DNA from: a virus
DNA length: 34,566 bases
IMG/VR virus record: IMGVR_UViG_3300019487_000022
Location: 89,241 to 123,806 of that record
Direction: 5' to 3' (one strand)
Shown: positions 33,419-34,566 of the stretch, piece after piece
Layout of the letters: every line of letters starts with the position of its first letter
Numbering within the stretch: position 1 is the first letter of the stretch
The notes under the pieces: generated by a model
Told to the model about the DNA's origin: nothing
Seen by the model: the letters and a program-made list of their open reading frames with translations, nothing else
Databases searched by the model: none
Translations under genes and position numbers: made by a program

Positions 33419-34279
33419 ATGGCTAGTTTTATTACCTACAAAAATGTTCAGATATTAGCACAAACCCCAAAAGGTAGTGCGGGACAGATTCTTAACAATA
33501 ATTTTAAGAATATCGCAGATGTTTTAGAACAATTAACTGTAGATGTAGAGGGTGCAAGCGGTTTTTCGGGGTATTCTGGTTCTGGTTATTCTGGATACAG
33601 CGGTTTAGGATTATCGGGATACTCTGGTTATTCTAGTACATCAGGATATTCTGGACCATCAGGTTATTCGGGTTACTCAAGTACATCAGGTTATAGTGGT
33701 TACAGCGGAAGATCAGGTTATTCAGGATACAGCGCTTATTCTGGATATTCTGGAAGATCAGGTTATTCAGGTTATAGTGCTTATAGTGGTTATAGTGGGA
33801 TATCCGGTTATTCTGGCTATTCAGGAAGATCAGGTTATTCTGGCTATAGTGGCTATTCTAGTTTGTCCGGCTATTCAGGATACAGTGCCTCATCAGGATA
33901 TTCGGGATATTCAGGCACAGTAGATGGTTCGGTAGAATCAATAGTATTTGGTATAGATGGTGGTGGAGGTCCAATTACAACTGGTAGCAAATTGTATCGC
34001 ATAATAGATTTCTCTGGCACGATAACAGGATGGACTATAGTTTCAGATCAAACTGGAAGTATTGTTTTAGACATAAAAAGAGCTACTTATTCTGATTTTC
34101 CAACCACTACATCAATTGCAGGATCCGAAAAACCTACACTATCTTCTGCTAGAAAAAATCAAGATAATTCCCTTTCAACATGGACAACTTCTCTTTCAGC
34201 GGGAGATATATTAGAATTCGTTGTAGATTCAGTTTCTGCGGTTGAAAAAGTTGTTGTTAGTATAAAAACTACAAGATAA
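33419..34279 (+). CDS. SGY-repeat (Gly every third residue, collagen-like) putative virion fibre protein
   Basis: About 120-aa SGYSGY tract; C-terminal beta domain IDGGG...ITTG...TITGWTI. Confidence 0.8.
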   Translation: MASFITYKNVQILAQTPKGSAGQILNNNFKNIADVLEQLTVDVEGASGFSGYSGSGYSGYSGLGLSGYSGYSSTSGYSGPSGYSGYSSTSGYSGYSGRSGYSGYSAYSGYSGRSGYSGYSAYSGYSGISGYSGYSGRSGYSGYSGYSSLSGYSGYSASSGYSGYSGTVDGSVESIVFGIDGGGGPITTGSKLYRIIDFSGTITGWTIVSDQTGSIVLDIKRATYSDFPTTTSIAGSEKPTLSSARKNQDNSLSTWTTSLSAGDILEFVVDSVSAVEKVVVSIKTTR

Positions 34280-34297
34280 TAATCAAGGATAGTATTA

Positions 34298-34566
34298 ATG
34301 GCATTTACAGAATTCTATTGTCAATCTGGCGGAAGTAATTTAAATTCAGGAAGTACAACAAACAATACTGCTACGTTTACTTACGCATCGGGTAGTTGGG
34401 TTTCTACTACAAGAGTATTTACAGTAGCATCAGGCAACCCATCAACGGATGGTGTCGCCGTAGGAGACTTCGCAAGCGTATACGCTGATGGTTCTACTGC
34501 TACAGGTTTCGTAGCAAGAGTAACAGCAAGGGACGCTACAACAATTACATTGTCAACTACGGTAGA
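34298..34566 (+). CDS. putative tail/virion protein, 3'-partial
   Basis: MAFTEFYCQSGGSNLNSGSTT...; Thr/Ser/Gly-rich and open to the window end. Confidence 0.65.
   Translation, partial: MAFTEFYCQSGGSNLNSGSTTNNTATFTYASGSWVSTTRVFTVASGNPSTDGVAVGDFASVYADGSTATGFVARVTARDATTITLSTTV

Noticed and set aside
33696-33923. Alternate-frame ORF within the SGY repeat
   Set aside because: By-product of the repeat periodicity.
1-34566. Genome-wide stop-codon reassignment suggested by the UCA tRNA
   Set aside because: Long genes are intact under code 11, and both TGA and TAG end genes at tight operon junctions.

Overview
AT-rich segment of a large (jumbo-type) bacteriophage genome. A planctomycete-type dockerin repeat, TTQP linkers and an outer-membrane beta-barrel suggest a Gram-negative, probably Planctomycetota, host (inference). 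It contains a glutamine-dependent NAD synthetase (5'-truncated), a putative lysis block with a GH24 lysozyme, and a nicotinamidase-like/vWA/PP2C/Ser-Thr kinase operon. It also carries an RNA ligase, an OGFr-domain protein, a free-standing endonuclease, many small hypothetical genes, and tail-fibre-like genes at the right end. The minus strand has a dispersed tRNA array: Leu x6, Ser x5, Cys x2, Tyr, Thr x2, one UCA-anticodon opal suppressor, plus several non-canonical tRNA-like or structured RNAs. The strongest signals concern translation sensing. (1) An unannotated 28-codon leader peptide (28123-28209) has 16 consecutive Ser/Leu/Tyr/Cys codons and a classical 1:2/2:3/3:4 attenuator. It lies directly upstream of a tRNA block made only of Tyr/Ser/Cys/Leu tRNAs, suggesting a tRNA-depletion-sensing switch for the phage tRNA operon. 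(2) A Pth2-like peptidyl-tRNA hydrolase gene begins ATG-AAG-TGA, about 250 bp downstream of the opal suppressor tRNA. (3) A second Ser-rich leader may gate translation of a conserved hypothetical gene. (4) Two tRNA-like RNAs have insertions at the same T-stem position, and there is also a kissing-loop RNA and a heptamer-repeat RNA. All RNA folds were read by eye, not computed.
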